DNA of 64,000 nucleotides from a bacterium (GTDB lineage: Bacteria > Patescibacteriota > Patescibacteriia > Patescibacteriales > UBA12465). Shown here in pieces: positions 45,009 to 58,646 of this stretch (the first letter of the stretch is position 1; the number at the start of each line of letters is the position of its first letter). Made by a program: the position numbers and the translations under genes. The DNA lies in NCBI GenBank assembly GCA_035400585.1, contig DAOMZR010000002.1, positions 79,364 to 143,363 of the forward strand, read 5' to 3'. The notes below the pieces were generated by a model, which was not told where the DNA came from, did no database searches, and saw only the letters and a program-made list of their open reading frames with translations.

Positions 45009-48000
45009 TTATTCTTTTTCCTCTACAACTTGAAGAGAATCGTCATAAATTTGCTCATCAGCTTTATTTATTTTCTCTATATCAATATTTTTTTTATTTT
45101 CTTCTTCTTCAAAGTCTTCTTCGATTTTTGTTCCCCCTAAAAGATCAACGTTCAAGCCTAAGCCTTTTAATTCTCTAATTAAAACGTTAAATGATTCTGG
45201 AACATTTAATTTTTGAATTTCTTCACTCTTAATAATTGACTCATAGGCTTTACTTCTTCCAGTAACATCATCAGATTTGATGGTTAACATTTCCTGCAAA
45301 GTATGAGAGGCACCATAACCTTCCAAAGCCCAAACTTCCATTTCTCCAAATCTCTGTCCTCCAAATTGAGCTTTACCACCCAATGGTTGTTGAGTTATTA
45401 ATGAGTATGGACCAATTGATCTTTGATGAATTTTATCTTCAACCATGTGGTTTAATTTCAACATGTATTTATAACCAACAGTAACTCTGTTTTCGTATGG
45501 TTCTCCTGTTCTTCCGTCATATAAAGTAACCTTACCATCTTCGGCAAAACCAGCTCTTTTTAGTTCCTGTTTAATTTGTTCTTCGGTTATACCATTTAGG
45601 GCCGGTGTGGCTACATTATAGCCAAGCTTCTTAGCTGCTAAGCCCATGTGTGTTTCAAGTAACTGACCGAAGTTCATACGAGAAATAATACCTAAAGGTG
45701 ATAAAATAATATCAATCGGTGTTCCATCCTCCATGTGAGGCATATCTTCTGCTGGAACAACTTTAGAAATAACACCTTTATTCCCGTGACGACCAGACAT
45801 TTTATCTCCAACTTGTATTTTTCTTAAATTAGCTATAGAAACTTGAACTGATTTTAATACACCAGCTTCTAATCTATCGCCAGCATCACGTGAAAAAACT
45901 TTAACATCAATAACTTTTCCGTGTTCTCCATGTTCTAAATAAAGAGAAGAATCTCTAACATCTTTGGCTTTGTCACCAAAGATAGCGCGCAATAATCTTT
46001 CTTCTGCACTCAATTTAGTTTCACCTTTTGGTGTAATTTTTCCAACTAAAATATCGCCGCTAGAAACTTCAGCGCCGATTCTAATAATACCGTCTTCATC
46101 TAAATTCTTTAATTTTTCCTCGGAAATGTTTGGAATGTCATTAGTTATGACTTCCGGACCAAGTTTAGTATCACGAACATCAATTGTATAATTTTCAATT
46201 TGGATAGAAGAGTAAACATCTTCCTTGACCAATCTTTCTGAAATAATAACAGCGTCTTCATAGTTGTAACCATCCCAAGTCATGAAAGCAACCAAAACAT
46301 TTTTTCCTAGGGCTAACTCACCATTACTAATTGCTGGTCCATCTGTTAAGACTTGTCCCTTTTTAACCTTGTCACCCAAATTAACTATTGGTTTTTGATT
46401 TATACAAGTTAAAAAGTTGGATCTTAAAAATTTAGTTAAAACATATTTTTTAACTTTACCTTTGCTGTTTTTGACTTCAATACTTAAAGAATCAACTTTC
46501 TCAACTACACCATCTTCTTCAGCTACAACAACGTGACCAGAATCAATAGCGGCTCGATGTTCAACTCCAGTACCAACAACTGGAGCCTCGGTTTTAACCA
46601 ATGGAACAGCTTGACGTTGCATGTTTGTTCCCATAAGTGATCTTTGTCCATCGTTGTGTTCCATGAAAGGAATAAGTGAAGTGGCAATAGAAATAATTTG
46701 ATTAGGAGCAACACCTACAAAATCAACCTCGTCAATATTAACTGTTTCTGGCTTGCCACCTTTTCTACCAGGATAGGTTTCTACTAAAAATTTATTATTA
46801 TTATCAAGTGGAACGGTAGCGTCAACTACTGTATATTTTTCTTCTTCAAATGAATCTAAATACACTATTTCATCGCTAACAACTGGTCCTTTTTTGTCTT
46901 TAATAACTTTTCTATAAGGAGCCTCTAAAAAACCATAATTATTTAATCTAGCATAACTAGCTAAGTGACCAACTAAACCAATGTTTGGTCCTTCAGGAGT
47001 AGCAATAGGACAAATACGTCCATAGTGGGTTGTGTGCACATCTCTAACATCAAAACCAGCTCTTTCTCTGGTTAAACCACCAGGACCCATAGCCGATAAT
47101 CTTCTTTTGTGTTCTAATTCTGCCAAAGGATTTGTCTGATCCATGAACTGAGACAATTGTGATGACATGAAAAATTCTCTAACGACAGCAATTACCGGTC
47201 TGGCATTAATAAGCTTATTGGGAGTAAGAGTGTCAATATCAGCAATACTCATTTTATCTTTAATAATTCTTTCCATTCTGGCAAAACCAACTCTTAATCT
47301 GTTTTGTACCAAACCACCAACAGCGCGAACCCTTCTGTTACCAAGATGATCGATATCGTCTTCTGGTTCTTTGGTTATATTTAATCTAATAATTTCTTTT
47401 ACAATATTTAACAAATCTTCTTTTCTTAATATTCTAGTGTCTTTATTAATTGGTAAATTTTCGTTGAATCTTCTGTTTAATTTATAACGACCAACTCTAC
47501 CAAAATCATAACGATCAAATCTAAAAAACATGTTTTCGATCAATTGTTTAACGTTCTTATCGTCGGCCAAATCTCCTGGTCTTACTCTTCTATAAACTTC
47601 TTGCAAACCTTCAATTTGATTTTTAGCTAAATCTTTTTTAATTGTAGCTTCGATATAACCAACTTCATCTTCGTTTTTTGTAAGATCAACATCTTTAAAC
47701 ACCTTTAATAATTCTTCATCGGTTTCATAGCCAAAAGCTCTAAGCAAAGAAGTAACTGCTACTTTTCTTTTTCTGTCTATTCTAACCCAAAGAACTTTGT
47801 TTACATCAGTTTCAATTTCCAACCAAGCACCTCTGTTTGGAATTATTTTAGCTCCATAATATTTTTTTCCTTTAATATATTCGGCTGTAAACATTACCCC
47901 GGCACTTCTAATTAATTGAGAAACAACAACTCTTTCAATTCCGTTAATTATAAAAGTACCCTTATCGGTCATTAAAGGGAAGTCACCTAAATAAACTTCT

Positions 48001-48320
48001 TGAGATATTTCTTTGTTAGTTTTTTTGTTTTTTAAGATGGCTTTAACTCTAAGAGGAGCCTCGTAGGTTATGTTTTTGTCACGACTTTCAACTTCGTCAA
48101 ATTTTGGATTATCCAAATAATAATCCCCGAAATAAAGCTCTAATTCTCGATTGTTAAAATCGATAATAGGAGAAATTTCATCTAATAATTCAGCTAATCC
48201 CTCTTTTAAAAACCAGGCGTAGGAATTCTTCTGCGACTCAATTAAATCTGGAATTGGCATTGACTCTTTAAAATCAGTAAAAAAGAGACGATTATTTTTA
48301 ATGATTGGGTTGCTAGACAT
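45009..48320 (-). CDS. rpoB: DNA-directed RNA polymerase subunit beta
   Basis: Rif-region [24 protein letters not shown] and [11 protein letters not shown]. Confidence 0.97.
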   Translation of the reverse strand: MSSNPIIKNNRLFFTDFKESMPIPDLIESQKNSYAWFLKEGLAELLDEISPIIDFNNRELELYFGDYYLDNPKFDEVESRDKNITYEAPLRVKAILKNKKTNKEISQEVYLGDFPLMTDKGTFIINGIERVVVSQLIRSAGVMFTAEYIKGKKYYGAKIIPNRGAWLEIETDVNKVLWVRIDRKRKVAVTSLLRAFGYETDEELLKVFKDVDLTKNEDEVGYIEATIKKDLAKNQIEGLQEVYRRVRPGDLADDKNVKQLIENMFFRFDRYDFGRVGRYKLNRRFNENLPINKDTRILRKEDLLNIVKEIIRLNITKEPEDDIDHLGNRRVRAVGGLVQNRLRVGFARMERIIKDKMSIADIDTLTPNKLINARPVIAVVREFFMSSQLSQFMDQTNPLAELEHKRRLSAMGPGGLTRERAGFDVRDVHTTHYGRICPIATPEGPNIGLVGHLASYARLNNYGFLEAPYRKVIKDKKGPVVSDEIVYLDSFEEEKYTVVDATVPLDNNNKFLVETYPGRKGGKPETVNIDEVDFVGVAPNQIISIATSLIPFMEHNDGQRSLMGTNMQRQAVPLVKTEAPVVGTGVEHRAAIDSGHVVVAEEDGVVEKVDSLSIEVKNSKGKVKKYVLTKFLRSNFLTCINQKPIVNLGDKVKKGQVLTDGPAISNGELALGKNVLVAFMTWDGYNYEDAVIISERLVKEDVYSSIQIENYTIDVRDTKLGPEVITNDIPNISEEKLKNLDEDGIIRIGAEVSSGDILVGKITPKGETKLSAEERLLRAIFGDKAKDVRDSSLYLEHGEHGKVIDVKVFSRDAGDRLEAGVLKSVQVSIANLRKIQVGDKMSGRHGNKGVISKVVPAEDMPHMEDGTPIDIILSPLGIISRMNFGQLLETHMGLAAKKLGYNVATPALNGITEEQIKQELKRAGFAEDGKVTLYDGRTGEPYENRVTVGYKYMLKLNHMVEDKIHQRSIGPYSLITQQPLGGKAQFGGQRFGEMEVWALEGYGASHTLQEMLTIKSDDVTGRSKAYESIIKSEEIQKLNVPESFNVLIRELKGLGLNVDLLGGTKIEEDFEEEENKKNIDIEKINKADEQIYDDSLQVVEEKE

Positions 48321-48494
48321 AAAATAAGTTATATAAATAATATTTTAAAAAATAAAAAATTGTCTTTTAAAAAGATTTTCAACAAAAAAATGCCAATGCC
48401 AGAAAAGCTTGGTTTTGAAAGCCTAAATATGATTTAATTAATATAAATTTTCACTTTATATTAACAAATTAAGTATAGATTGTCCGTGATATAT

Positions 48495-48523
48495 ATAATA
48501 TAATAAGTCAGTAAACTTGTCAA
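48495..48523 (-). promoter_or_regulatory. candidate sigma70 promoter for rpoBC (leader ~170 nt)
   Basis: Minus strand reads TTGACA-17 nt-TATTAT. Confidence 0.45.
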
Positions 48524-48578
48524 TTATAAAGCACCACTATTATATTAACACTTTTTCCATAGTTTATCAACAGGTGAC

Positions 48579-50906
48579 TTACTTCTCAATGTATGAGAAA
48601 ACCGGCCCAACGGCCATATAATTTTGGCCTGATCGCCTGAAAATAACAGTGGCTAGCTTTGAACTGGATATGTCATAAGAAACTTTTTTACCGTTTTTAC
48701 TAGCAATACTTAAGATTCTGGGTTCTATTTTCTCTGTTTTATACTCTCTAGCAAAAACCGATATAAAACTTAGGTCTTCCAGACTTAATTCCTCCCCCTT
48801 TGTCTCTTTAATCATTATTTCTTTAATTCTTTCCAGTTTTTCTTTCATGTCTTCTAAGTCCATAAAAACACTTCTCAATTCTTCTGTTATTTTTAATAAA
48901 GAAAACATTTCATAAACCATCAAAGTGCTAGCCAATTGTTCATTTAATAAGTCTAAATTTGGTTCAATATAGTTATATTTAATAAAATCCAAATCAGACG
49001 AACTAGAAATTCCTCTTTGATACTTCTGATGAACTTTTAAATTTTCTACTGGTAATTGTAAATTAACCCAAGAGCCAACAGCGGTGTGCAAATCTTTAAG
49101 TTCCCAAGAAGAATTTTTATAATAAATCGGCAATCTGTTTTTATCACTTTCCAAATAATTTTTAGTTATTTTTAATCCTTGCCAATAATTATTATAGTGC
49201 CAAATATTAGGAAATTTGGAAATTTGACTTCTTAAATCGCTAAGCTGTTCCTTATAATTATCATATTTGGAATTTTCTTGATAATAAACATTGTTATCCA
49301 AATTTCTGTTAAAAATTAAGCTAACAATATCCAAAGAAAAGCCACTACATCTGACAAATTCATTATTTACTCGACAAGAAGTAACGTTACTTTTTGGTGG
49401 TTGTTCTCCTTGATATTTTGAAACATTGGGATAAGACAATTCGTTAAAAATGAAATCATTTGGCCAATAAAAATCTGATAGCATTTTTACTCCTAATTTT
49501 GGTTTATCGTTTGAATCATTTTTATCAAAAGATCCTTCGATTTTCAAGAAATCATATTCTAAAACTTTAGCTTGAAATTTATATAAATTATTTACCCCCT
49601 CCGGATTTTTGTCAGAAAACACCTCACTGATATCGTAATTTTCCCCAAAACATTCAGCCAAAGCATCGCGATAATAAACATAAGTTAAATCACCCCTTAG
49701 TCCCTTAAAAAATGCCAGGGTTTTATAAATTCTGGCCCAGTCATTTTTCAAGTCGTGACTGCTAAAAATATCATTAGCGATAAAAGCAGAACTAATCATG
49801 CTGATTCTCCAATCATCAAAATCAAGATAACAATCGGGACAATCGTCTCCCTTATAGTGTAATGGAAAAGTGGAAGACAACCATTTAGTGGCTAAATAAA
49901 AATTGTTTAATTTGGCGTTAGAACTATACTCTCCTGGTATAAAAAAATCTTTGTAATCTCTTTCGTAAAGAAGAACTGGTGATTTAGCTTTGGCGTTTTT
50001 AGCAGTAATTAATTCAACTTCTTTGGAAACATCAACTTTTAAATAACTAGGTACTTCAAAATAATAAATATCTTTTTCTAAAAATCCAAAAAGATTAGGA
50101 TTGCTTAAATCACCATTTTGAGCTATTTGACCTTCTTTTGGTTTCAGTAGCTCTAAGGAAGTAGCAAAATAAGCCGCAGCTAATCTTTCAGCCTCTAAGA
50201 CACGGTCGTTAATATTGCCCGTTTCTGACAGTCTTTGTTCATATCTTTTTTTAGCTTTTTCAAATAGAACATAATTTATATCCCAAAGGTTTTTATAAAA
50301 AATATTTTGCTCAATATCTTTAAATATTTTTTTCATTGCCTGTTGATGATAATAAATCAAAAAATCGGAAGTGATAAAAAGTGGTATTTTTTTTGAATAA
50401 AGCTCCTCGTAAACATCATAAAAATTTTTGGAAGTTAATTGATTGTCCAACAAAGCAAAGCCAGTAGAATTTAAATTATTTAGAGAAGAATCAATATTTA
50501 GACGACGAGAAAGATCATAATAGTTAACAACATCTGTTTTTATATTTAATGGTAATTTATAATCTTCAAAAGAAGAAACAGTGTCATTTTTAATTTCATT
50601 ATAAAAATCTGGAAAAGATACATACTCTATATATAAACTTTCATCCTCTTTATTAAAATCAAACCCAATTTTTTCTTCCCCCATAGGAAGCCTTCCTAAA
50701 GCTCTCGATGATTCTATTGACTCTTCCAGCCCCGACATTTTATTTTCTTCACTTTCTTTGATTTCATTTTGGACTGGCTGTACTGGTTGATTTTCACCAG
50801 TTGATGATACCTTATTTTTTTTTACGTAAATAAAAAGAGGAACAGCTATGACAATTATTAAAAAAAACAACATTATAACTATTATTTTTTTAGAATTTTC
50901 ACTCAT
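48579..50906 (-). CDS. large membrane-anchored extracytoplasmic protein, possibly DUF3160-like
   Basis: 775 aa with an N-terminal TM. Segment GFALLDN...IPLFITSDFLIYYHQQAMKKIFKDIE recalls DUF3160 from memory only. Confidence 0.4.
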   Translation of the reverse strand: MSENSKKIIVIMLFFLIIVIAVPLFIYVKKNKVSSTGENQPVQPVQNEIKESEENKMSGLEESIESSRALGRLPMGEEKIGFDFNKEDESLYIEYVSFPDFYNEIKNDTVSSFEDYKLPLNIKTDVVNYYDLSRRLNIDSSLNNLNSTGFALLDNQLTSKNFYDVYEELYSKKIPLFITSDFLIYYHQQAMKKIFKDIEQNIFYKNLWDINYVLFEKAKKRYEQRLSETGNINDRVLEAERLAAAYFATSLELLKPKEGQIAQNGDLSNPNLFGFLEKDIYYFEVPSYLKVDVSKEVELITAKNAKAKSPVLLYERDYKDFFIPGEYSSNAKLNNFYLATKWLSSTFPLHYKGDDCPDCYLDFDDWRISMISSAFIANDIFSSHDLKNDWARIYKTLAFFKGLRGDLTYVYYRDALAECFGENYDISEVFSDKNPEGVNNLYKFQAKVLEYDFLKIEGSFDKNDSNDKPKLGVKMLSDFYWPNDFIFNELSYPNVSKYQGEQPPKSNVTSCRVNNEFVRCSGFSLDIVSLIFNRNLDNNVYYQENSKYDNYKEQLSDLRSQISKFPNIWHYNNYWQGLKITKNYLESDKNRLPIYYKNSSWELKDLHTAVGSWVNLQLPVENLKVHQKYQRGISSSSDLDFIKYNYIEPNLDLLNEQLASTLMVYEMFSLLKITEELRSVFMDLEDMKEKLERIKEIMIKETKGEELSLEDLSFISVFAREYKTEKIEPRILSIASKNGKKVSYDISSSKLATVIFRRSGQNYMAVGPVFSYIEK

Positions 50907-50910
50907 ATTT

Positions 50911-51999
50911 TTATTTTAAATATTTGTTCTTATTTAATAAATGCTCTTCGTAGGTAACACTAAAAATAGTTTCCTTGGTGTCTGGTCGACTCAAAAAATA
51001 ATTGTAACTATTTTCTGTTGGATAAATAGCGGCTTCAATAGCTCTGATTCCTGGATTAGAAATTGGTCCTGGCGGCAAACCTCTGTTTATGTAAGTATTA
51101 TAAGCTGATGGAGTTCTAGTATCTTCATAACTGTAGATTGCCTTATTAACTCCCAAAATATAAGCTAGAGTGGCACAAGACTCTAGGGCCTGTCCGTTTT
51201 TTATTCTATTCCAAAAAAGACCAGAAACCATTTTCATGTCGTCCTCACTTTGAACTTCTTTCTGAATTATAGAAGCCATGGTAACTATTTCAAAAATAGT
51301 TTTTCCCTGAGCAGCAATATCCTCTCTCATCTTGCTGGTTAGCTTCTGATCAAAATTCTTTAACATTCTGACTACAATATCCTCTAGGCTGGCATCTTCA
51401 AAAAAACGATAAGTGTCTGGAAATAAATATCCTTCTAAACCATAATAATCGGGTTTGTCTTTTAAAAAATCAAATTGTTTTGAAAAATCTTTTGGTCTCA
51501 TACCGCTTGATAGGAGCTGATAATCAAGCATAGGTTCTCCAACCATATTAAAAAAATCTTCTTCTTTGGTCGAAAAATTTTTTTCTAAAACTTTATAATA
51601 ATCACGAACACTCCAGCCCTCAATGAAAGTAACTTTTTTTTCTGGTTTTAAAGATATTTTTTTAGTAAGTTCTTCGACGACCTCCTTGATGTTCATATTA
51701 TAATTCAAGTCATAAGAACCCTCTCTAAAAATTGCATCTTTCTTAGAAAAACGAATATAAGCTTTAAAAACTCTTTCTGATTTTATTAGATTCTGATTGT
51801 GCAATTTATCACCTATATCCGAAACACTGTCTCCTTTATCAACCACAAAAATAACACTTTGATTTTTACCAGAAGAATAATTTATATTTCTGATATAAGA
51901 AAAAAACATTGCTAGAAATAAAACCAGCAAAAGTACAACAATGTTTTTAACATTAAATAGGCTATTGTTTTGTTTTTTTGTTTTCAGACGCATTAGCAA
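50911..51999 (-). CDS. mltG: endolytic transglycosylase MltG (YceG-like)
   Basis: N-terminal TM, motifs LEGYLFPDTYRF, ASIIQKE and GLPPGPISNPG. Confidence 0.9.
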   Translation of the reverse strand: MLMRLKTKKQNNSLFNVKNIVVLLLVLFLAMFFSYIRNINYSSGKNQSVIFVVDKGDSVSDIGDKLHNQNLIKSERVFKAYIRFSKKDAIFREGSYDLNYNMNIKEVVEELTKKISLKPEKKVTFIEGWSVRDYYKVLEKNFSTKEEDFFNMVGEPMLDYQLLSSGMRPKDFSKQFDFLKDKPDYYGLEGYLFPDTYRFFEDASLEDIVVRMLKNFDQKLTSKMREDIAAQGKTIFEIVTMASIIQKEVQSEDDMKMVSGLFWNRIKNGQALESCATLAYILGVNKAIYSYEDTRTPSAYNTYINRGLPPGPISNPGIRAIEAAIYPTENSYNYFLSRPDTKETIFSVTYEEHLLNKNKYLK

Positions 52000-52423
52000 T
52001 TAAGATTGAGCTAGAACGAATTTTTTTTCCTAGACCATCAACCATTTTAATTTTAAGTTTTTGACAAACATCATATTCTGGTACGTCATTTAAATTTTTT
52101 CTATCACCACCATTAGCAAAGATATCTGGCTTAATTTTAGCCAATGATTTGCAGACAGTTTTGTCTCTATCGATAGATAAAAAAACTTCATCAACATCTC
52201 TAAGTGCTTTAATAATTTTAATTCTATCTTTTTGATTCATGAAAGGAACACTGCCTTTCAATTTTACCTGATAATCATTATTGATAATAACAATCAAATA
52301 ATTTCCTATTTTTTTAGCCCTTTCTATCATTTCCAAATGTCCAACGTGAAGGGGGTTAAAATAACCGCTAACGGCTACTTTTATTTTTTTATTACTTTTT
52401 TTCTTACATGGCATATATAACAA
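51962..52423 (-). CDS. cytidylyltransferase-family nucleotidyltransferase (HldE domain II / TagD-like)
   Basis: VAVSGYFNPLHVGHLEMIERAKKIGNYLIVIINND (HxGH motif) and IFANGGD. Confidence 0.65.
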   Translation of the reverse strand: MLYMPCKKKSNKKIKVAVSGYFNPLHVGHLEMIERAKKIGNYLIVIINNDYQVKLKGSVPFMNQKDRIKIIKALRDVDEVFLSIDRDKTVCKSLAKIKPDIFANGGDRKNLNDVPEYDVCQKLKIKMVDGLGKKIRSSSILIANASENKKTKQ

Positions 52424-52471
52424 ATCTTTTAATTATTTATAACAAAATTATAACATATTTCAATAAAAAAC

Positions 52472-52500
52472 AAAAAAGAGGAACCGCAGTCCCTCTTTTT
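52472..52500 (-). terminator. terminator after groEL
   Basis: Minus strand reads AGAGGGA-CTGCGG-TTCCTCT followed by a T-run. Confidence 0.7.
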
Positions 52501-52514
52501 AAATTTGATAAAAA

Positions 52515-54185
<1,671 letters not shown>

Positions 54186-54210
54186 TTAATTATAAATAAA
54201 TGTTTTTATA

Positions 54211-54501
54211 CTATTCAATAATTGCTAGAATATCGTTTTCGCTTATAACTAAATATTCTTCTCCGTCTATTTTTATATCGTCTGGAGAATATTTTTTAAA
54301 AACAACTTTGTCGCCAATTTTAATAGACATTTCAAACCTAGAACCATTATCTAATAATTTTCCTGGACCAACAGCTATAACCTCTCCTTGCTCCGGCTTT
54401 TCCTTATCCATTGTGTCTGGTAAAACTATCCCTGACTTAGTAACCTCTTCCTTAGAAGAAGCCCTAACAATCACATTGTTGTTTAAAGGTTTAAGTTTCA
54501 T
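54211..54501 (-). CDS. groS: co-chaperonin GroES
   Basis: MKLKPLNNNVIVRA...GIVLPDT. The internal ATG at 54501 is preferred over the track start at 54564. Confidence 0.92.
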   Translation of the reverse strand: MKLKPLNNNVIVRASSKEEVTKSGIVLPDTMDKEKPEQGEVIAVGPGKLLDNGSRFEMSIKIGDKVVFKKYSPDDIKIDGEEYLVISENDILAIIE

Positions 54502-54582
54502 AAAAATAATTAGCTTAATTATTAACCTCTCCCTAAAAATATAGAAGTATAATAAACAAGCCACTAAAATAATAAATATTTT

Positions 54583-54609
54583 TTAGCAATCTAACCATAA
54601 GACTGCTAA
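54583..54609. promoter_or_regulatory. CIRCE element (HrcA operator)
   Basis: TTAGCAATC-N9-GACTGCTAA, versus the consensus TTAGCACTC-N9-GAGTGCTAA (one mismatch per arm). Lies ~80 bp upstream of groES. Confidence 0.85.
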
Positions 54610-54614
54610 TTGTT

Positions 54615-54642
54615 ATTTTAGCATAATTAAAATTGCTGTCAA
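54615..54642 (-). promoter_or_regulatory. sigma70-type promoter of groESL, immediately upstream of CIRCE
   Basis: Minus strand reads TTGACA-16 nt-TAAAAT. Confidence 0.65.
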
Positions 54643-54685
54643 GAAAATAAAAAAAGGAGACAATTTTGTCCCCTCCTAGCTTAAA

Positions 54686-55264
54686 TTAAATAAATGCGAC
54701 CTGGAGCTTGTCCAAATTAGCTTCAGCGTAAAAGCCATCATACCATACAATATGAAGTGTTTTGCTGTTTTTTTCATAAACTAACCCGGGAAGTAAAATA
54801 TTTCTTTTTCCTTCCAATCTTGACGCTCCACAAGCAAAAACAGACAGAACTAAACTGAAAAAATCTTTCGGGCGCTTTTCAAAAGCAGCCATCAAAAAAA
54901 GAAATCCTTCGTTTAAAGTAACCTGATCTTTTGCTCTAATTGTTGCTCGCTGATCTGAACCCAAAAAACTTATTTTAGTCAGATTTTTTGAAACTAAAAC
55001 AAAATAATCGGTTTCTGCCTCTCGAATTGAAATAATTTGCCCACCAAAACTCAATTCGTTCTTAATTTTGACGCCCATCACCTTTTCGGCTTTTTCTAAA
55101 ATTTTGTCAAAAAACAAGCCAGCAGCGATTATAACCAAATCGTACTTTTGACTATCAAAACTAGCAATTCGTAATTCAGAAAAATTCTTTTCTATTGAGA
55201 AGTTTTTTCTATAAAAATCTTCCCAATACTTTTTTTGCTCTTTCACGTCCGCATTCATAAGCAA
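54686..55264 (-). CDS. hypothetical protein
   Basis: 192-aa ORF with a terminator-like hairpin downstream (GGAGACA-ATTT-TGTCCCC). No family recognised. Confidence 0.5.
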   Translation of the reverse strand: MLMNADVKEQKKYWEDFYRKNFSIEKNFSELRIASFDSQKYDLVIIAAGLFFDKILEKAEKVMGVKIKNELSFGGQIISIREAETDYFVLVSKNLTKISFLGSDQRATIRAKDQVTLNEGFLFLMAAFEKRPKDFFSLVLSVFACGASRLEGKRNILLPGLVYEKNSKTLHIVWYDGFYAEANLDKLQVAFI

Positions 55265-55364
55265 GGTTTTAAATGAACTTTAAACTAGTTTACAACAATT
55301 ATAATAAAAGTCAATATTGCCTTGATTTTTTAAATAATATGTATTACTATGTTTTTGTGAAACT

Positions 55365-55438
55365 GGTCCGATGGTGAAGCGGTTTAACACTGCAGTTTGC
55401 AAAACTGCCACTCGTGGGTTCGAATCCCACTCGGACCT
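55365..55438 (+). tRNA. tRNA-Cys (anticodon GCA)
   Basis: GGTCCGA..GCAGT-TTGCAAA-ACTGC..GTGGGTTCGAATCCCAC-TCGGACC-T (U73 discriminator). Confidence 0.88.
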
Positions 55439-55444
55439 CTGATA

Positions 55445-55476
55445 AATAAGAAGCTAACCTGCGTTAGCTTCTTATT
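55445..55476 (+). terminator. 14-bp-stem hairpin after tRNA-Cys
   Basis: AATAAGAAGCTAAC-CTGC-GTTAGCTTCTTATT. Confidence 0.6.
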
Positions 55477-55512
55477 TATTATAAGACAAAAGAGGAGGAT
55501 TCGAAATATAAA

Positions 55513-55534
55513 AAAAGCTCTATTCAGAGCTTTT
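55513..55534 (-). terminator. terminator after the small ORF
   Basis: AAAAGCTCT-ATTC-AGAGCTTTT; a T-run follows on the minus strand. Confidence 0.7.
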
Positions 55535-55551
55535 AAAAATTTTTGAGCATT

Positions 55552-55698
55552 TTACCAGCCGACCTTCACAGAAAAATCTTTTTTCCAATTTTTGTTTTTT
55601 GGTTTTTCTTCTGTTTTTTGGCTGCTCTCTTGAACTTTTTTAGTTTTAACCGACTCATTTTTTTCTTCCCGATTCTTCTCTGATTTTTTTTCTGCCAT
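55552..55698 (-). CDS. small (48 aa) Lys/Glu-rich protein, hypothetical
   Basis: MAEKKSEKNREEKNESVKTKKVQESSQKTEEKPKNKNWKKDFSVKVGW. The promoter position favours the internal ATG over the track start at 55791. It could instead be a non-coding transcript. Confidence 0.35.
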   Translation of the reverse strand: MAEKKSEKNREEKNESVKTKKVQESSQKTEEKPKNKNWKKDFSVKVGW

Positions 55699-55741
55699 GA
55701 CAGTAAAATTTAAAGTTTGAAAAAAATGCGAACTGATAGTT

Positions 55742-55770
55742 AATATATTATATTTCAAAATTTTAGTCAA
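55742..55770 (-). promoter_or_regulatory. sigma70-type promoter of the small ORF unit
   Basis: Minus strand reads TTGACT-17 nt-TATATT, directly after the atpC terminator. Confidence 0.55.
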
Positions 55771-55777
55771 TAAAAAA

Positions 55778-55795
55778 ATAGGTTTTTGCACCTAT
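55778..55795 (-). terminator. terminator of the atp operon
   Basis: ATAGGT-TTTTGC-ACCTAT with T/A runs. Confidence 0.65.
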
Positions 55796-55825
55796 TTTTT
55801 TGATCTATAATTTCATCCTAAAATT

Positions 55826-56260
55826 TTATTTTCTCAAACTTCTCCATTTTTTAGCCGATCTAACTCTGGCTAGCTCTTTTTCAATTTGAGCTGCTAATTG
55901 GGCAAATTGAGAAGCATCAACACTGCGCATATCTTTAAGTGATTCTTCGGCTCTCTTCCTGGCCTCTTCGGCTCTTTCAATATCAATTTCTTCAGCCCTT
56001 TCAGCAGTATCTGCCAAAATAATAACTTTGTTTAATAAAACTTCAACAAAACCACCAGAAACAGAAATAATTTCGATTTCACCATCAAGTTTTTTTAATT
56101 CCAAAACGCCTGGCTTTAAAATGGAAACCAAAGGTGAGTGTTTTGGCAACACCGTAATTTCGCCCTCTTGAGTTGGAACCGTAACCTGTAGAATTTCTTC
56201 TTTTAAAACAACTCTTTCTGGCGTGGCTATTTCAAATTTTATTCTTTTTTTGTCTGGCAT
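55826..56260 (-). CDS. atpC: F1 ATP synthase subunit epsilon
   Basis: Operon position and the pattern ATPERVVLKEEILQVTVPTQEGEITVLPKHSPL. Confidence 0.9.
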   Translation of the reverse strand: MPDKKRIKFEIATPERVVLKEEILQVTVPTQEGEITVLPKHSPLVSILKPGVLELKKLDGEIEIISVSGGFVEVLLNKVIILADTAERAEEIDIERAEEARKRAEESLKDMRSVDASQFAQLAAQIEKELARVRSAKKWRSLRK

Positions 56261-56262
56261 AT

Positions 56263-57660
<1,398 letters not shown>

Positions 57661-57690
57661 TTAATTTATATAAAATTATATTAAAAATTT

Positions 57691-58644
57691 TTAAGCTTTT
57701 AAGGCGTTGGCTCCAGCACTAATTTCAGCAATTTCGGAAGTAATAACTGCTTGACGAGCCTTGTTATAAAATAGAACCAATTCTTTAACAATATCACTAG
57801 CCGCTTCAGTAGCCTGATGCATAGAAGCCATTCTAATACTATGCTCCGAAGCGTTTGACTCTAAGAGAGCTTGAAACAATTGGACCTCAACTAATCTTGG
57901 AACCATTTGATCTAAAACTGCTTGTGGACTTGGTTCATAAGTAAACAAATAGTTATATTCACTATCTCTTAAATATTTTGCTTCTTTTTCGGCAATGTAT
58001 TCTTTGGTTGTACCAACCCTTTCATCTCTACCAACAACTCCTAAATATTCTTCATCTACATTTATATCAATTGGTAAGATTTGTTTAACTCTAGGAATTT
58101 GTTTAGTGGCGCTAACAAAGTCAGTATAGGCAACAAATATTTTATCGTATTTACCATTCAAATAATCATCCATCGCTAGGCGGGCGATCGGCATAACTTC
58201 TTTTATTTCCGAAACAAAATCAACTTTATCAAATTCGGCCACAATGTTATAACCATAACGACTATTAACCGCTAAACCCTTTTTACCCAATAAAATAAAA
58301 TCGGTTTCAATATCTCCGTGTTTCTTAATGCCAGCAACGGCTTTGTTTATAATATTAGTATTAAAACTACCACATAAACCACGGTTAGAGCTTATTAAAA
58401 TAATAGCGACCCTTTTAGTTTCTGGTCTAACATGAAGCAATGGATGTAAATTCTTGCCATCCTCCAAAGAACCAGAAATATTTAAGATGGTAGTCCAGGC
58501 CAAGTTGGCATAAGTTCTGGTTTTTAAAACAGCCTCAACTGATTTTCTCATTTTAGCAGCTGCCACCATCTCCATCGCCTTAGTTATTTTCTTGGTATTA
58601 TTAACAGATTTTATTCTGCGTTGTATTTCCTTGGTTTTAGCCAT
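57691..58644 (-). CDS. atpG: F1 ATP synthase subunit gamma
   Basis: MAKTKEIQRRIKSVNNTKKITKAMEMVAAAKMRK. Confidence 0.93.
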   Translation of the reverse strand: MAKTKEIQRRIKSVNNTKKITKAMEMVAAAKMRKSVEAVLKTRTYANLAWTTILNISGSLEDGKNLHPLLHVRPETKRVAIILISSNRGLCGSFNTNIINKAVAGIKKHGDIETDFILLGKKGLAVNSRYGYNIVAEFDKVDFVSEIKEVMPIARLAMDDYLNGKYDKIFVAYTDFVSATKQIPRVKQILPIDINVDEEYLGVVGRDERVGTTKEYIAEKEAKYLRDSEYNYLFTYEPSPQAVLDQMVPRLVEVQLFQALLESNASEHSIRMASMHQATEAASDIVKELVLFYNKARQAVITSEIAEISAGANALKA

Positions 58645-58646
58645 AA

